Numbered from the stretch's first letter, positions 29,115-39,381 are shown. The stretch is DNA of 64,000 nucleotides from Dehalococcoidia bacterium (GCA_009692805.1 SHYM01000001.1:2831-66830); one strand, 5' to 3'. Notes: generated by a model not told the origin, from the letters alone. Numbers and translations: made by a program.

Positions 29115-29190
29115 GGGCCGGTAGCTCAGCTGGCGGAGCAGCTGCCTTTTAAGCAGCGGGTCGTGGGTTCGAATCCCACCCGGCTCACCA
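29115..29190 (+). tRNA. tRNA-Lys(TTT)
   Basis: GGGCCGG acceptor stem, gctgc-CTTTTAA-gcagc anticodon arm, GTTCGAATC, CCA end. Confidence 0.97.
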
Positions 29191-29246
29191 ATCCCCCCCA
29201 CCACCGCCCTGAGTTGTTGTCCTCTGGCTCATGGCTTGGTCTCACC

Positions 29247-29299
29247 TTGACAGCCTCCTGTCTGGTCCTTACACTGGTCGTGGACAGACCGGTCGGTCT
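29247..29299 (+). promoter_or_regulatory. Promoter plus palindromic operator of the tetR-men operon
   Basis: TTGACA(29247)-17 nt-TACACT(29270); AGACCG-GT-CGGTCT at 29286-29299. Confidence 0.7.
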
Positions 29300-29307
29300 A
29301 GAGAGTG

Positions 29308-29955
29308 ATGCCTGCAGCCACTTCTTCCAACGGCAAGGACGCCCGGGCCAATGGCCGGGGCGCACGGGAGCGCATCCTGGAGGCGGCGTCCAAGGTGCTG
29401 GCCGAGCGGGGCTACCAGCGGGCCAACCTGGACGAGATCATCAGCCTCTCAGGCACCTCCAAGGGCAGCTTCTACTTCCATTTCCCCAGCAAAGAGCAGA
29501 TGGTCGTGGGTCTGCTGGACCAGCTCAGCGCGAGGCTGGTCAAAAAGGTGGAGCAGTCCCTGGAGAAGGAGGAACGGCCCCTGCGCCGGATCGCCCTGGC
29601 CATCGACACCCTCATGTACACCTTCTCGCGGCGGCGCAAGCTGGCGCAGATGTTGCTCGTAAACGTCGCCGGCCAGGGCAAGGCCATGGATAGAAAGTTC
29701 CTGCCGGTGCACCGGCGCTTCGCCGCCCTGATCCAACGGGAGCTGGACCTCGCCGTGGCCGCCGGAGCCATCCCCCCTCAAGACACCGCCCTGGCCTCCC
29801 AAATGTGGCTGGGCGCCCTCCACGAAGTAATCCTGCGCTGGCTGCTGGCCGAGCATCCCACAGCCCTGAGCGAAGCCCTGCCCGCGCTGCGGGCCCTGCT
29901 GCTGCGCAGCGTGGGAGTTGACCCCGCCGCCCTCAAGAAGGAGCCCCGCGCTTGA
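29308..29955 (+). CDS. TetR/AcrR family transcriptional regulator
   Basis: RERILEAA..L..RGY....DEI...SGTSKGSFYFHFPSKE helix-turn-helix. Confidence 0.93.
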   Translation: MPAATSSNGKDARANGRGARERILEAASKVLAERGYQRANLDEIISLSGTSKGSFYFHFPSKEQMVVGLLDQLSARLVKKVEQSLEKEERPLRRIALAIDTLMYTFSRRRKLAQMLLVNVAGQGKAMDRKFLPVHRRFAALIQRELDLAVAAGAIPPQDTALASQMWLGALHEVILRWLLAEHPTALSEALPALRALLLRSVGVDPAALKKEPRA

Positions 29956-31364
29956 GCGACCACGTCAGCCCTACGGTGAGCCGGTCGCTGGTCGATGCCC
30001 TGGCGCAGGGCCGCTGGCGGGCGCTGAGCACCCGCCAGCAGGTGCTGGTGAGCGTGGCCTCCCCCCTCCCCGACATGCCGGACATCCCTTCTCTGTGGGA
30101 GGCGGCGGCGGGCAGCCCGTACCGAGCGCTCTGGGGGCGCCCCGCCCATGGATTCTGGATGGCGGGGCTGGGCGCAGCCCTCAGCCTGGGCGCGGGCGGC
30201 GTCCAGCAGTTCCCCCACGCCCAGGCCCAGCACCGGCGCTGGATGGAGTCGGCGGTGATCGCCGCGCCGGATATCCCTGGCACGGGACCCACCTGGTTCT
30301 GCGCCTTTCGCTTCGACCCCCAGACCCCGGCGGGCGAGGAGTGGCGTAGCCTGAGCGCGAGAGCCCTGGTGCTGCCCCGGTTGACCTTCGCCCGCGGCGC
30401 CCAAGGGTCGTGGCTCACCCTCAATGTCGCGGTGCAAGCTGACTCCGAGGTGGAGGCCATAGCCGACGGCCTGATCAAAGAGGCGGACACCTATTTGAGA
30501 CCCGCTAGCTCTACCGGCGCTGCCCCGCCAGCGCCGGTAGAGCTGACCGACGACGACCAGGCTAGAACCCGCTGGAACTCGGCCATGGAGAAGGCGCTGG
30601 GAGCCATCCAGGGTGGCCAGTTGGAGAAGATGGTGCTGGCGCGCCGGGTGCGCCTGCGCGGGGCGCAGCCCCTGGCCAGCGGAGCGGTGGTGAGAAAGCT
30701 GGCCGCCGACTATCCCCAGTGCTTGCTGTTCGCCTTCGCCGTCGGCGGCTCCTGCTTCCTGGGTGCCAGCCCGGAGCTCCTGGCGCGGCTGGACCAGGGC
30801 CAGCTGTCCAGCGCCTGCCTGGCGGGGTCCGCCCCCAGGGGCAGGGAGGCCGGCGAGGACGCAGCCTGGGGGCAGCGGCTCCTGGCCAGCGCCAAGGACC
30901 GCCGGGAGCATTCCCTGGTGGTCCAGGCGCTGCGCGAGGGCCTGACAGGGCTATGTTCCGACTTGCGGTGGAACGACTCCCCTGCTCTGGTGAAACTGCC
31001 CAATGTCCAGCACTTGCAGACCTCCTTCACCGGCGTAAGTCCACCCGGGCTCCACTTGCTGGAAGTCGTCCAGCGCCTTCATCCCACCCCCGCCGTGGGC
31101 GGCGTGCCCCAAGCGGCGGCGCTTGAAGCCATCCGCAGGCTAGAGGGCATGGACCGCGGGTGGTACGCCGGTCCCATCGGCTGGATGGACCGCCGCGGAG
31201 AGGGCGAGTTCGGGGTGGCGCTACGCTGCGCTCTCCTGCGGGGCGACAGCGCCCTCCTTTACGCCGGGGCCGGGATCGTGGCGGGCTCGGACAAGGACGA
31301 GGAATGGGCAGAGCTGGAGCTGAAGCTCAACGCCGTGCGCGCGGCCCTGGAGGGAACGCCCTAG
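29952..31364 (+). CDS. menF: Isochorismate synthase
   Basis: KMVLAR, FLGASPELL, LAGS, KDRREH, VQHL, LHPTPAVGG, RGWYAG, YAGAGIV. Confidence 0.9.
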   Translation: MSDHVSPTVSRSLVDALAQGRWRALSTRQQVLVSVASPLPDMPDIPSLWEAAAGSPYRALWGRPAHGFWMAGLGAALSLGAGGVQQFPHAQAQHRRWMESAVIAAPDIPGTGPTWFCAFRFDPQTPAGEEWRSLSARALVLPRLTFARGAQGSWLTLNVAVQADSEVEAIADGLIKEADTYLRPASSTGAAPPAPVELTDDDQARTRWNSAMEKALGAIQGGQLEKMVLARRVRLRGAQPLASGAVVRKLAADYPQCLLFAFAVGGSCFLGASPELLARLDQGQLSSACLAGSAPRGREAGEDAAWGQRLLASAKDRREHSLVVQALREGLTGLCSDLRWNDSPALVKLPNVQHLQTSFTGVSPPGLHLLEVVQRLHPTPAVGGVPQAAALEAIRRLEGMDRGWYAGPIGWMDRRGEGEFGVALRCALLRGDSALLYAGAGIVAGSDKDEEWAELELKLNAVRAALEGTP

Positions 31365-31365
31365 C

Positions 31366-33150
31366 ATGGGCTACGAGAACCGCAACTACGCCTTCGCCGG
31401 GGCGCTGGTGGATGAGCTGGCGCGCTGCGGCCTGCGCCACATCTGCATCTGCCCCGGCTCCCGCTCCAGCCCCCTCGCCATCTCCTTCGCCCGCGAGCCC
31501 AGGGTGAAAACCTGGGTGCATTTGGACGAGCGCTCGGCCGGCTTCTTCGCCCTGGGCCTGGCGCGGGCCCTGGACGAGCCGGTGGCCATGGTCTGCAGCT
31601 CCGGCACGGCGGCGGCCAACTTCCTGCCGGCGGCGGTGGAGGCCCGCTTCGCCGAGGTCCCCCTAATCATCCTCACCGCTGACCGGCCGCCCGAGCTCCG
31701 GGAGTGGGGGGCGAACCAGACTATCTATCAGGCGGGGCTTTACGGCCCCCACGCCAAGTGGTCGGTGGACGTGCCGCCGCCGGAGCCGACCCCTGACCTG
31801 ATGCGCTACGCGCGTGCCCTGGCGTGCCGGGCCTACGCCACCGCCCGGGCCCAGCCCGCCGGCCCGGTGCACCTCAACATCCCCTTTCGGGAGCCCCTGG
31901 TGCCCACGCCCGTGCCGGGGGACACCCCGGGAGCTCTCGATGCGGCGGCCGGCGAAGCCTGGTGGGGCCGCGCCGACGGGCGACCCTTCGCTCAGGCCAG
32001 CGGCGGCGAGCTGACGCCGGACCAGGGGGCCCTGGAGCGGCTGGCCGCAGACCTGAGGCACCAGGAGCGCGGGGTCATCGTCTGCGGCCCCCAGTCCACG
32101 GCCGCATTCCCGGCCCAGGTCGCCCGCCTGGCCGCCTGCCTGGGCTATCCAATCCTGGCCGACCCCCTGTCGCAGGTGCGGGCCGGGGGACACGACCGAA
32201 GCCTGGTGATCAGCACCTACGACACCCTGCTGAAGGACCCCGACCTGGCCGCTCGCCTGGCGCCCGACGTGGTTCTGCGGTGCGGCGACACGCCCGCGTC
32301 CAAGGCCCTGACGCTATTCCTGGAGGGGGCCGCCCGCGCCCGCCACATCCTGGTGCAAAGGGCTGGCTGGAGCGACCCCAGCCATCAGGCGTCCGACGTG
32401 GTTCACGGCGAGCCCAGCCTGGTGTGCCAGGGCCTGGCCCGGCGCCTCGGGGACAAAGCGACGAGTTCCTCCTGGACCGCGGACTGGCTGGATCGCGAAA
32501 AGGCGGTACGACGGGCCCTGGACGCCGGGGTAGGGGAGATGCAGGAGCTTTTCGAGGGCAGGGTGTTCACGGAGGTTGCTGCTCTTATGCCTGAGGGGGG
32601 CGCCATCTTCGCCGGGAACAGCATGCCGGTGCGGGACCTGGACACCTTCTTCCCTTGCATCGAGAAGACTATTCGCTGCCTGGCCAACCGGGGCGCCAGC
32701 GGCATCGACGGCGTCGTCTCCACCGCCCTGGGGGCCAGCGCGGCGCTGCCGGGCCGGTTAGTCCTGGTCCTGGGCGACCTCTCCTTCTATCACGATATGA
32801 ACGGCCTCCTGGCCGCCCGGCGCCATCGGCTCAACGCCACCATCATCGTGGTCAACAACAACGGCGGGGGCATCTTCTCCTTCTTGCCTCAGGCCGCCCA
32901 CCAGGACGTCTTCGAGGAGTATTTCGGCACGCCCCACGGGCTGGAGTTTCGAGCGGCGGCGGCCTTGTACAACCTCCCCTACGCCAAGGTCTCGTCCTGG
33001 CCGGAGTTCCGGACGGCGCTGGCGCGGAGCCTCTCGGCACAAGGGGTCAGCCTGATCGAGGTGCCAGGCGACCGGGCTCGGAACGTAGAGCTCCACCGGC
33101 AGCTCACGGCGTCGGTGCTCCAGGCGGCGCGGGGCGGGAGGGCCGTCTAG
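31366..33150 (+). CDS. menD: SEPHCHC synthase (ThDP-dependent)
   Basis: PGSRSSPL, DERSAGFFALG, TADRPPEL, NRGASGIDG, GDLSFYHDMNGL, NNNGGGIF. Confidence 0.96.
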   Translation: MGYENRNYAFAGALVDELARCGLRHICICPGSRSSPLAISFAREPRVKTWVHLDERSAGFFALGLARALDEPVAMVCSSGTAAANFLPAAVEARFAEVPLIILTADRPPELREWGANQTIYQAGLYGPHAKWSVDVPPPEPTPDLMRYARALACRAYATARAQPAGPVHLNIPFREPLVPTPVPGDTPGALDAAAGEAWWGRADGRPFAQASGGELTPDQGALERLAADLRHQERGVIVCGPQSTAAFPAQVARLAACLGYPILADPLSQVRAGGHDRSLVISTYDTLLKDPDLAARLAPDVVLRCGDTPASKALTLFLEGAARARHILVQRAGWSDPSHQASDVVHGEPSLVCQGLARRLGDKATSSSWTADWLDREKAVRRALDAGVGEMQELFEGRVFTEVAALMPEGGAIFAGNSMPVRDLDTFFPCIEKTIRCLANRGASGIDGVVSTALGASAALPGRLVLVLGDLSFYHDMNGLLAARRHRLNATIIVVNNNGGGIFSFLPQAAHQDVFEEYFGTPHGLEFRAAAALYNLPYAKVSSWPEFRTALARSLSAQGVSLIEVPGDRARNVELHRQLTASVLQAARGGRAV

Positions 33151-33152
33151 CC

Positions 33153-34046
33153 ATGGCCAGGGTCCTGGTGAACGGAGTGAAGCTGAACGTAGCGGTGGGG
33201 GGCAGCGGCCCACCCTTGGTGGCTCTCCACGGTTTCACCGGGGACATGGATACCTGGCACAGCTTCGCCCGCGCGGCGGCCCGCCACCAGCACACCGTGG
33301 TCCGCATTGACCTGCTGGGCCACGGCCGCTCCGACTGTCCCTCCGACCCCCAGCGCTACTCCATGGAACGCTGCGCCGAGGACCTGATAGGGGTGCTGGA
33401 CGTCCTCGGCATCGGGCGCGCCGCCTGGATGGGCTACTCCCTCGGGGGCCGCATCGCCTTGGGCGTGGCCCTCGCCGCCCCGGAGCGCTGTCTGGCGCTG
33501 GTGCTGGAGGGGGGCTCCCCCGGCCTGGCCGACCAGGCTGAGCGGGCCCAGAGGTTGGCCAGCGATGAGGGGCTGGCCCGGCTCCTGGAGGAGAGGGGCG
33601 TCCCCAGCTTTGTCGAGGTGTGGGAGGCCCAGCCCCTCTGGGCCAGCCAGCGGCGCCTCCCTCCCGCGGAGCGCCTGCGGCTGCGGGCCCAGAGGCTACG
33701 CAACAGGCCCGCGGGGCTGGCGGGCAGCCTGCGGGGCATCGGCACCGGCGCCCAGCCCTCTTATCACCACCGCCTGAGTGGCTTGCCTCTGCCAACGCTC
33801 ATGGTAGTCGGGGAGGAGGACTCGAAGTTCCGCGAGATCGCCCAGGCGATGTGTCGCCTGATCACGGCCAGCCAGCTGGCCGTGATCCCCGAGGCCGGCC
33901 ACACCACCCACCTGGAGCAGCCGGAGCGCTTTAACCGCGCGGTCCTGGACTTCTTGCAGCGGCACCGGGGAACCCCAGGGGCCATCTCGGCGGCTGGGGC
34001 GAGCGCCGGTCACGCCGCCACCGCACCCCCCACGTCCGTACCGTAG
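33153..34046 (+). CDS. menH: SHCHC synthase (alpha/beta hydrolase)
   Basis: LHGFTG, GYSLGGR, W..QPL.ASQ, GEEDSKF, AGHTTHLEQP. Start at ATG 33153. Confidence 0.92.
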   Translation: MARVLVNGVKLNVAVGGSGPPLVALHGFTGDMDTWHSFARAAARHQHTVVRIDLLGHGRSDCPSDPQRYSMERCAEDLIGVLDVLGIGRAAWMGYSLGGRIALGVALAAPERCLALVLEGGSPGLADQAERAQRLASDEGLARLLEERGVPSFVEVWEAQPLWASQRRLPPAERLRLRAQRLRNRPAGLAGSLRGIGTGAQPSYHHRLSGLPLPTLMVVGEEDSKFREIAQAMCRLITASQLAVIPEAGHTTHLEQPERFNRAVLDFLQRHRGTPGAISAAGASAGHAATAPPTSVP

Positions 34047-35197
34047 CGGGCCAGCGCGGCCTCATCCAGGGCCACGCCGAGGCCCGGACCGCGGGGAACA
34101 GTCAGCAACCCCGCCACCGGCAGCAGCGGCTGCGCCAGCAGGTCGCTCTCCAGCAGCAACCCGGTGGCGAGGCCGCTGGCGGGCCCCCCGGGACGCCCGG
34201 CCATCGCTAGGTGTAGCGAGGCCGCAAGCCCTATGCCGGTCTCCAGGGACGAGGTGACCACGGCTGGCAGGCCCCGCTCCTCCGCCAGCCGCAGGATCGC
34301 CAGGGACTCCACCAGGCCACCCACCCTGGCGGCCTTGACGACCAGCACGTCCGCGGCAGCGGCTTGCAGGACCAGCCGGGCGTCGGCCAGGCTGCCCACC
34401 GCCTCGTCGGCGGCGATGGGCACGCTCACGGAGCGCCGCACCTGGGCCAAGCCTAGCAAGTCAGCGCCCGCGACCGGTTGCTCCACGTACTCCAGTTGAA
34501 ACCGCTGGAGGAGAGCGATGGCCTCAATCGCCTCCCCCACGCTCCAGGCCTGGTTGGCGTCCACCCGTAGCTTCACCGTCGGGCCCACGGCGGAGCGGAC
34601 CGCCTCCAGAATAGCGACGTCCAGGTCGCGATCATGGCCAGCGAGCTTGAGCTTCAGGCTTCTAAACCCCTGCGCCACGGCCTCGGCGGCGAGCCTGGCC
34701 GCCTCAGGCGGCGACTCCGAGCCGATGAGGGCGTTGACCGCCAGGGGCCGCGGCTCGGCGCCCAGGAGGGCGGCCAGCGGACGCCCTAGCGCCTTGCCGG
34801 TAGCATTATAGGAGGCGGTCTCCAGCGCGAAGCGCAGGGCCTTGGCCGCGGCCTCGTTCTCCAGGGTGGCGCTGGCCACGGGCGCCAGAGTGGCGCGGGC
34901 CACTGCTGGGACCTCCGCGAGGGGCAGGCCCAGGAACCGCGGGGCGCATTCGCGCAGCAGAGCCGCCAGGCCCCGCAGGCCGGCGGCGCCGCCGGCGGTC
35001 TCGATCTCCGCGGCCTCTCCCAGGCCCGTGATACCGTCCTGGGTATGGAGGCTGACCAGCAAGCTGTAGCGTGCCGCGGCCTGGCCCTGAGCGGTGACGT
35101 AGCGGCGCCTAAATGGCACCCGCATGCCGCGCCATTCGACCTTGGCCACCAGGGTGGATGCCTGCGGGGCTCGCTTATGACTGGCCTCACCATGCAT
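34010..35197 (-). CDS. menC: o-Succinylbenzoate synthase (enolase superfamily)
   Basis: KLK, RVDANQAW, YVEQP, AADE, VVK, HLA, GLATG; adjacent to menFDH. Start reassigned to ATG 35197. Confidence 0.88.
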   Translation of the reverse strand: MHGEASHKRAPQASTLVAKVEWRGMRVPFRRRYVTAQGQAAARYSLLVSLHTQDGITGLGEAAEIETAGGAAGLRGLAALLRECAPRFLGLPLAEVPAVARATLAPVASATLENEAAAKALRFALETASYNATGKALGRPLAALLGAEPRPLAVNALIGSESPPEAARLAAEAVAQGFRSLKLKLAGHDRDLDVAILEAVRSAVGPTVKLRVDANQAWSVGEAIEAIALLQRFQLEYVEQPVAGADLLGLAQVRRSVSVPIAADEAVGSLADARLVLQAAAADVLVVKAARVGGLVESLAILRLAEERGLPAVVTSSLETGIGLAASLHLAMAGRPGGPASGLATGLLLESDLLAQPLLPVAGLLTVPRGPGLGVALDEAALARYGTDVGGAVAA

Positions 35198-35221
35198 AGG
35201 GCCATTGTACGGCCCTCGCCA

Positions 35222-35472
35222 GCTTTGCACTGAAAGCGGCGTTCAGAGAGTCTCTGCGCCCTTCAAGAGCCATCGACCATCCCCCTTGTATCTTATCTAG
35301 TGACGGGGCAGACCCAATCCCCCGGTTCCTGGCCTCGCCAGCCTTATACAAGAATGGCATCCTGCCAGAAACGAGGGAGAGCAGAGTCCCGATGCTCGGG
35401 ATCTGCCGGGGGATGGTCGAGGGCATCCTCAGGGAGAGCCAGGCCGAAGAAAGCGAGACTTTCGTGCAAGGC
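35222..35472. mobile_element. MITE-like copies C: plus-strand fragment 35222-35290 and minus-strand, internally shortened copy 35341-35472
   Basis: gctttgcactgaaa..gccatcgaccatccccctt on plus; the reverse complement reads cttgcacgaaagtctcg..ctggctctccc..cgaccatccccccggcagatcccgagcatcgggactctg..ggcaggatgcc. Confidence 0.7.
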
Positions 35473-35648
35473 CACCCTAGCCCATTACCATCACGGGCGA
35501 TGGGTCTGCGCAGTCGTTGTTGACAAGGTACCCGACGCCGTTATTATTGGTGCGCGGCGCGCGTTGCCCCTATGTTTTTATTCCGAGCTGAGGCCAGCGT
35601 CCCACCGCGGCCCCCGGCAGGCCCTCGTCAGCGAAGGAGATTGCACCT

Positions 35649-37046
35649 ATGCCCAAGAAGCCACGGAGCTTAGGCGAGCTACGCAAAAGCGGCTACAAGC
35701 CCAACACCGTCAAGTACGAGCTCCGGCGCAACTTGATCCGCAAGATCAAGGCCCGGGAGGAGATCTTCCCGGGGATCGTCGGCTACGATGAAACCGTCAT
35801 CCCCCATATGCTGAACGCCATCTTGTCCGGGCAGGACATGATCCTCCTAGGCGAGCGGGGACAGGCCAAGAGCCGGTTGGCGCGCAGCCTGGTGAACCTC
35901 CTGGACGACGAGACGCCCATCATCAGCGGCTCCGAGCTCAACGACGATCCCTTCCGGCCCCTTAGCAAGTTCGCCCGCGAGCAAGTGGAGGCCCACGGCG
36001 ATGAGACGGAGATCGACTGGCTTCCCAAGGAGCAACGCTACTCGGAGAAGCTGGCCACTCCGGATATAACCATCGCCGACCTCATAGGCGAGGTGGACCC
36101 GATCCGGGTGGCGGAAGGGCGCTATCTCTCCGACGAGCTGACGATCCACTATGGACTGATACCCCGGACCAATCGAGGGATCTTCGCCATCAATGAGCTC
36201 CCCGACCTGGCGGAGCGCATCCAGGTCGGGCTCTTCAACCTCATGGAGGAGCGGGACATTCAGATCCGCGGGTACCGTATCCGGCTACCCCTGGACGTCT
36301 ACATCGTGGCCAGCGCCAACCCCGAGGACTACACCAACCGCGGGCGGATCATCACCCCGCTGAAGGACCGCTACGGGTCACAGGTCCGCACCCACTACCC
36401 CAAGAGCCTCGACCTGGAGATGGAGATCATGGAGCGGGAGCACAAAGTCCTGGGCGACGGCCCTCCCAAGGTGTGGGTGCCCCCCTTCATGAAGGAGGTC
36501 ATCGCCGAGCTCACGGCCCTGGCCCGCAAGAGCGCCGACATCAACCAGCGCTCGGGCGTCAGCGTGCGCATCTCCATCGCCAACTATGAGAATATCGTGA
36601 GCAACGCCGTGCGCCGGGCCGTCCTCGCTGGGGAGGAGGAGGCGGTGCCACGGATTAGCGACCTGCCCTACGTGCTGCCCTCCACCACCGGCAAGATCGA
36701 GCTGGAGAGCGTGGAGGAGGGCCGCGAGGAGCACCTCATCACCCAGCTGCTTCAGCGGGCCGTGCTCAACACCTTCAACCGCTACTTCGCCGGCCGGCCC
36801 TTCGAAGAGCTGGTGGCCCAGTTCGATGCCGGTGCCACTGCCGAGACCTCGGAGATAAAGCCCGCCACCGACTACGTGAAGCTCCTCAAGAAGCTGCCCG
36901 CCTTCGAGGCCGGCTTCAAGGAGCTGGGCATCCAGGAAACACCCGCCGCCAAGGCCTCCGGCATGGAGTTCATCCTGGAGGGGCTCCACCTGAACCGGAG
37001 GCTCAACAAGGAGAAGGTGGAGGGGGTCGTTCGCTACCGGGGGTAG
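35649..37046 (+). CDS. AAA+ ATPase, Mg-chelatase subunit I/MoxR-like
   Basis: Walker A GERGQAKS, FAINELPDL, ASANPEDYTNRGRIITPLKDR; SD AAGGAG; TTGACA-16-TATTAT at 35520-35547. Confidence 0.88.
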   Translation: MPKKPRSLGELRKSGYKPNTVKYELRRNLIRKIKAREEIFPGIVGYDETVIPHMLNAILSGQDMILLGERGQAKSRLARSLVNLLDDETPIISGSELNDDPFRPLSKFAREQVEAHGDETEIDWLPKEQRYSEKLATPDITIADLIGEVDPIRVAEGRYLSDELTIHYGLIPRTNRGIFAINELPDLAERIQVGLFNLMEERDIQIRGYRIRLPLDVYIVASANPEDYTNRGRIITPLKDRYGSQVRTHYPKSLDLEMEIMEREHKVLGDGPPKVWVPPFMKEVIAELTALARKSADINQRSGVSVRISIANYENIVSNAVRRAVLAGEEEAVPRISDLPYVLPSTTGKIELESVEEGREEHLITQLLQRAVLNTFNRYFAGRPFEELVAQFDAGATAETSEIKPATDYVKLLKKLPAFEAGFKELGIQETPAAKASGMEFILEGLHLNRRLNKEKVEGVVRYRG

Positions 37047-37050
37047 GCGC

Positions 37051-39087
37051 ATGGGCTACCTCTACTCCAAGTGGGACGGCGCCCAGAGCTCGGGCGCTCT
37101 CCACAGCGGCCAGCTCATGGACGAGCTGGCGCAGCACCTTCTGACCTCCGCAGACCTGTCCCAGGCCCTCCGCTCCCTGCTCCAGCGCGGGTTGCGCTCA
37201 CCCTCCGGCGACAGGGTCCCCGGCATCCAGGACCTGCTTGAAAAGCTCCGCCAGCGGCGCCAGCAAGCACTGGCGCAATACAATCTGGAAGCCGCCGTGG
37301 ATAGCCTGCGCCAGCAGTTGGACCGCGTCCTGTCCAGCGAGCGCGGCGGCATCGAGCGCAGGCTACAGGAGGCCCGCCAGCGCGCCGACGACGCGGGCCA
37401 GGCCCCTGGCCCCATCTCCTTTGAGGAGACCCAACATCTCCTGGATCTCCTAGAGCGCCTGTCGGCACAGCACCGCTCGGCCCTCGATGCCATCCCCCGC
37501 GACCTGGGCGGCGCTGTCAAGGGGCTCTCCCGCTACGATTTCATGGACGGGCAGGCCAAGGCCCAGTTCGATCAGCTGCTCCAGCTCCTCCAGCAGAAGA
37601 TGCTGGAGTCCCACCTTAAGGACCTGGCGCAGCGCTTCCGCGGCCTGAGCCCCCAGGAGAGCCAGCGACTGCGGGAGATGCTGGAGCAGCTGAACGGACT
37701 GCTGGAACAGGGGTTGCGCGGTCTGGAGCCCGACCCGCACCCCTTCCTGGACCGTTTCGGCGGCGCCTTTGGCGAGCATCCCCCCGCGAGCCTGGATGAG
37801 CTGGCCCAACAGCTTCGCCACCAGGTGTCCCAGCTCCAGTCCCTGCTCAATAGCCTGCCCCAGCAGCTAAGGGAATCGCTCCAGCAGATGCTGGACGCCT
37901 CCATCCCCGACCAGGACCTCCGCGCGGAGCTGGCGCGGCTGGCGGCCAACCTGGAGGGGCTCCTCCCCCTACGTGGCAACCCCAGCGAATACCTCTTCAC
38001 GGGCGAAGAGCCCGTGACTCTGGAGGAGGCGCTGCGACTCATGGAGCGCCTCCAGGACCTCGACAACCTGGAGCGCCAGCTGCACCGGGCCCGCCAGAGT
38101 GGGAACCTGCGAGAGGTCGACCAAAAAGGCTTGGGCCAGCTCCTGGGGGCCGAGGCGGGACAGGACCTGGCCCAGCTGGAGCGCCTAACTGGCCTGCTGG
38201 AGGAATCGGGCTACATCCAGAAGCTCCAGAACGGCTACGAGCTGACGCCCCGCGGCGTGCGCAAGATCGGACAGAGGGCTCTCCAGGACATATTCGCCTA
38301 CATCAAAAAGGACCGCTGGGGAAAACATCCCTCCCGTCAGCCCGGTCAGGCGGGCGACCAGGAAGACGATACCAAGGGCTACGAGTTCGGCGACCCCTTC
38401 CGGCTCCACCTGGAGCGCACCTTCATGAACTCCCTGCTGAGGGAGGTCGGCTTACCGGTGCGGCTGCAGCCCTCCGACTTCGAGGTCTACCGCTCCCAGT
38501 ACCTCTCCCAGTGCGCCACCGTGCTCATGCTGGACCTGAGCCTCTCCATGGCCATGAAAGGCAGCTTCCTCGCCGCCAAGAAGGTGGCCTTGGCCTTGAA
38601 CGACCTGATCCGGACACAGTTCCCCCGCGACCGCCTCTACATCGTCGGCTTCTCCACCTACGCCCGCGAGCTGAAGGCCGCCCGCCTGCCCTATCTCTCC
38701 TGGGACGAGTTCGACCCCTACACCAACATGCAGCACGGCCTCGCCCTCTCCCAGAAGCTCCTCTCCAAGGACCGCTCCAGCAACAAGCAGATCATTATGA
38801 TCAGCGATGGCGAGCCCACTGCCCACATGGAGGCCGGGCGGCTCTACCTGGGCTACCCACCCAGCCCCCGCACCCTGGAGCAGACCCTGCGCGAGGTGAA
38901 GCGCTGCACCCAGCAGGGCATCACCATCAACACCTTCATGCTCGACCGCAGCGCCTACCTGGTGGAATTCGTCAGCCAGCTCACCAAGGTCAACCGCGGA
39001 CGGGTCTTCTACACCAGCCCTGAAAAGCTGGGGCAATACCTGCTGGTCGATTACCTGTCTGACCGCCGTCACCGGGTGGTCCGCTAA
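37051..39087 (+). CDS. VWA-domain protein, partner of the AAA+ ATPase
   Basis: Helical N-terminus, MIDAS DLSLS, TNMQHGL, ISDGEPTAH. Confidence 0.88.
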   Translation: MGYLYSKWDGAQSSGALHSGQLMDELAQHLLTSADLSQALRSLLQRGLRSPSGDRVPGIQDLLEKLRQRRQQALAQYNLEAAVDSLRQQLDRVLSSERGGIERRLQEARQRADDAGQAPGPISFEETQHLLDLLERLSAQHRSALDAIPRDLGGAVKGLSRYDFMDGQAKAQFDQLLQLLQQKMLESHLKDLAQRFRGLSPQESQRLREMLEQLNGLLEQGLRGLEPDPHPFLDRFGGAFGEHPPASLDELAQQLRHQVSQLQSLLNSLPQQLRESLQQMLDASIPDQDLRAELARLAANLEGLLPLRGNPSEYLFTGEEPVTLEEALRLMERLQDLDNLERQLHRARQSGNLREVDQKGLGQLLGAEAGQDLAQLERLTGLLEESGYIQKLQNGYELTPRGVRKIGQRALQDIFAYIKKDRWGKHPSRQPGQAGDQEDDTKGYEFGDPFRLHLERTFMNSLLREVGLPVRLQPSDFEVYRSQYLSQCATVLMLDLSLSMAMKGSFLAAKKVALALNDLIRTQFPRDRLYIVGFSTYARELKAARLPYLSWDEFDPYTNMQHGLALSQKLLSKDRSSNKQIIMISDGEPTAHMEAGRLYLGYPPSPRTLEQTLREVKRCTQQGITINTFMLDRSAYLVEFVSQLTKVNRGRVFYTSPEKLGQYLLVDYLSDRRHRVVR

Positions 39088-39101
39088 TTTCAGGCGCACC
39101 G

Positions 39102-39343
39102 GCTTTTGCACGAAAAGTCAGTCAGTGTAGCGGGAGTGCAGAGGGCAGGCAGCCCTTTGTCGGAGTCATGGGTGTCCCCTCAACATCTTTCCCTCCCCCT
39201 TCGAGCCTTGCTCGAAAAGTCCGGCAAATCTGGCGAATCTCCTAGAGGAGAGTGCAGAGTCCCGATGCTCGGGATCTGCCGGGGGGATGATCGTAACCCA
39301 GATCAAAGACTGGGTTGGTGTAGAACCACTTTTGGAGCAAGCC
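39102..39343 (-). mobile_element. MITE-like copies D1 (39102-39202) and D2 (39205-39343)
   Basis: D1 reverse complement ..ggggacaccc..ccctctgcactccc..ttttcgtgcaaaagc. D2 is bounded by gccttgctcgaaaagt / acttttggagcaagcc and carries the same cagatcccgagcatcgggactctgcact core. Confidence 0.65.
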
Positions 39344-39381
39344 CGTAGACGGGGGATAGGATCGTCCTCCCAGCCACTCCT

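Noticed and set aside
35649..37046. Magnesium chelatase / photosynthesis assignment
   Set aside because: No bch/chl genes nearby; pairing with a VWA gene fits a general MoxR-type chaperone system.
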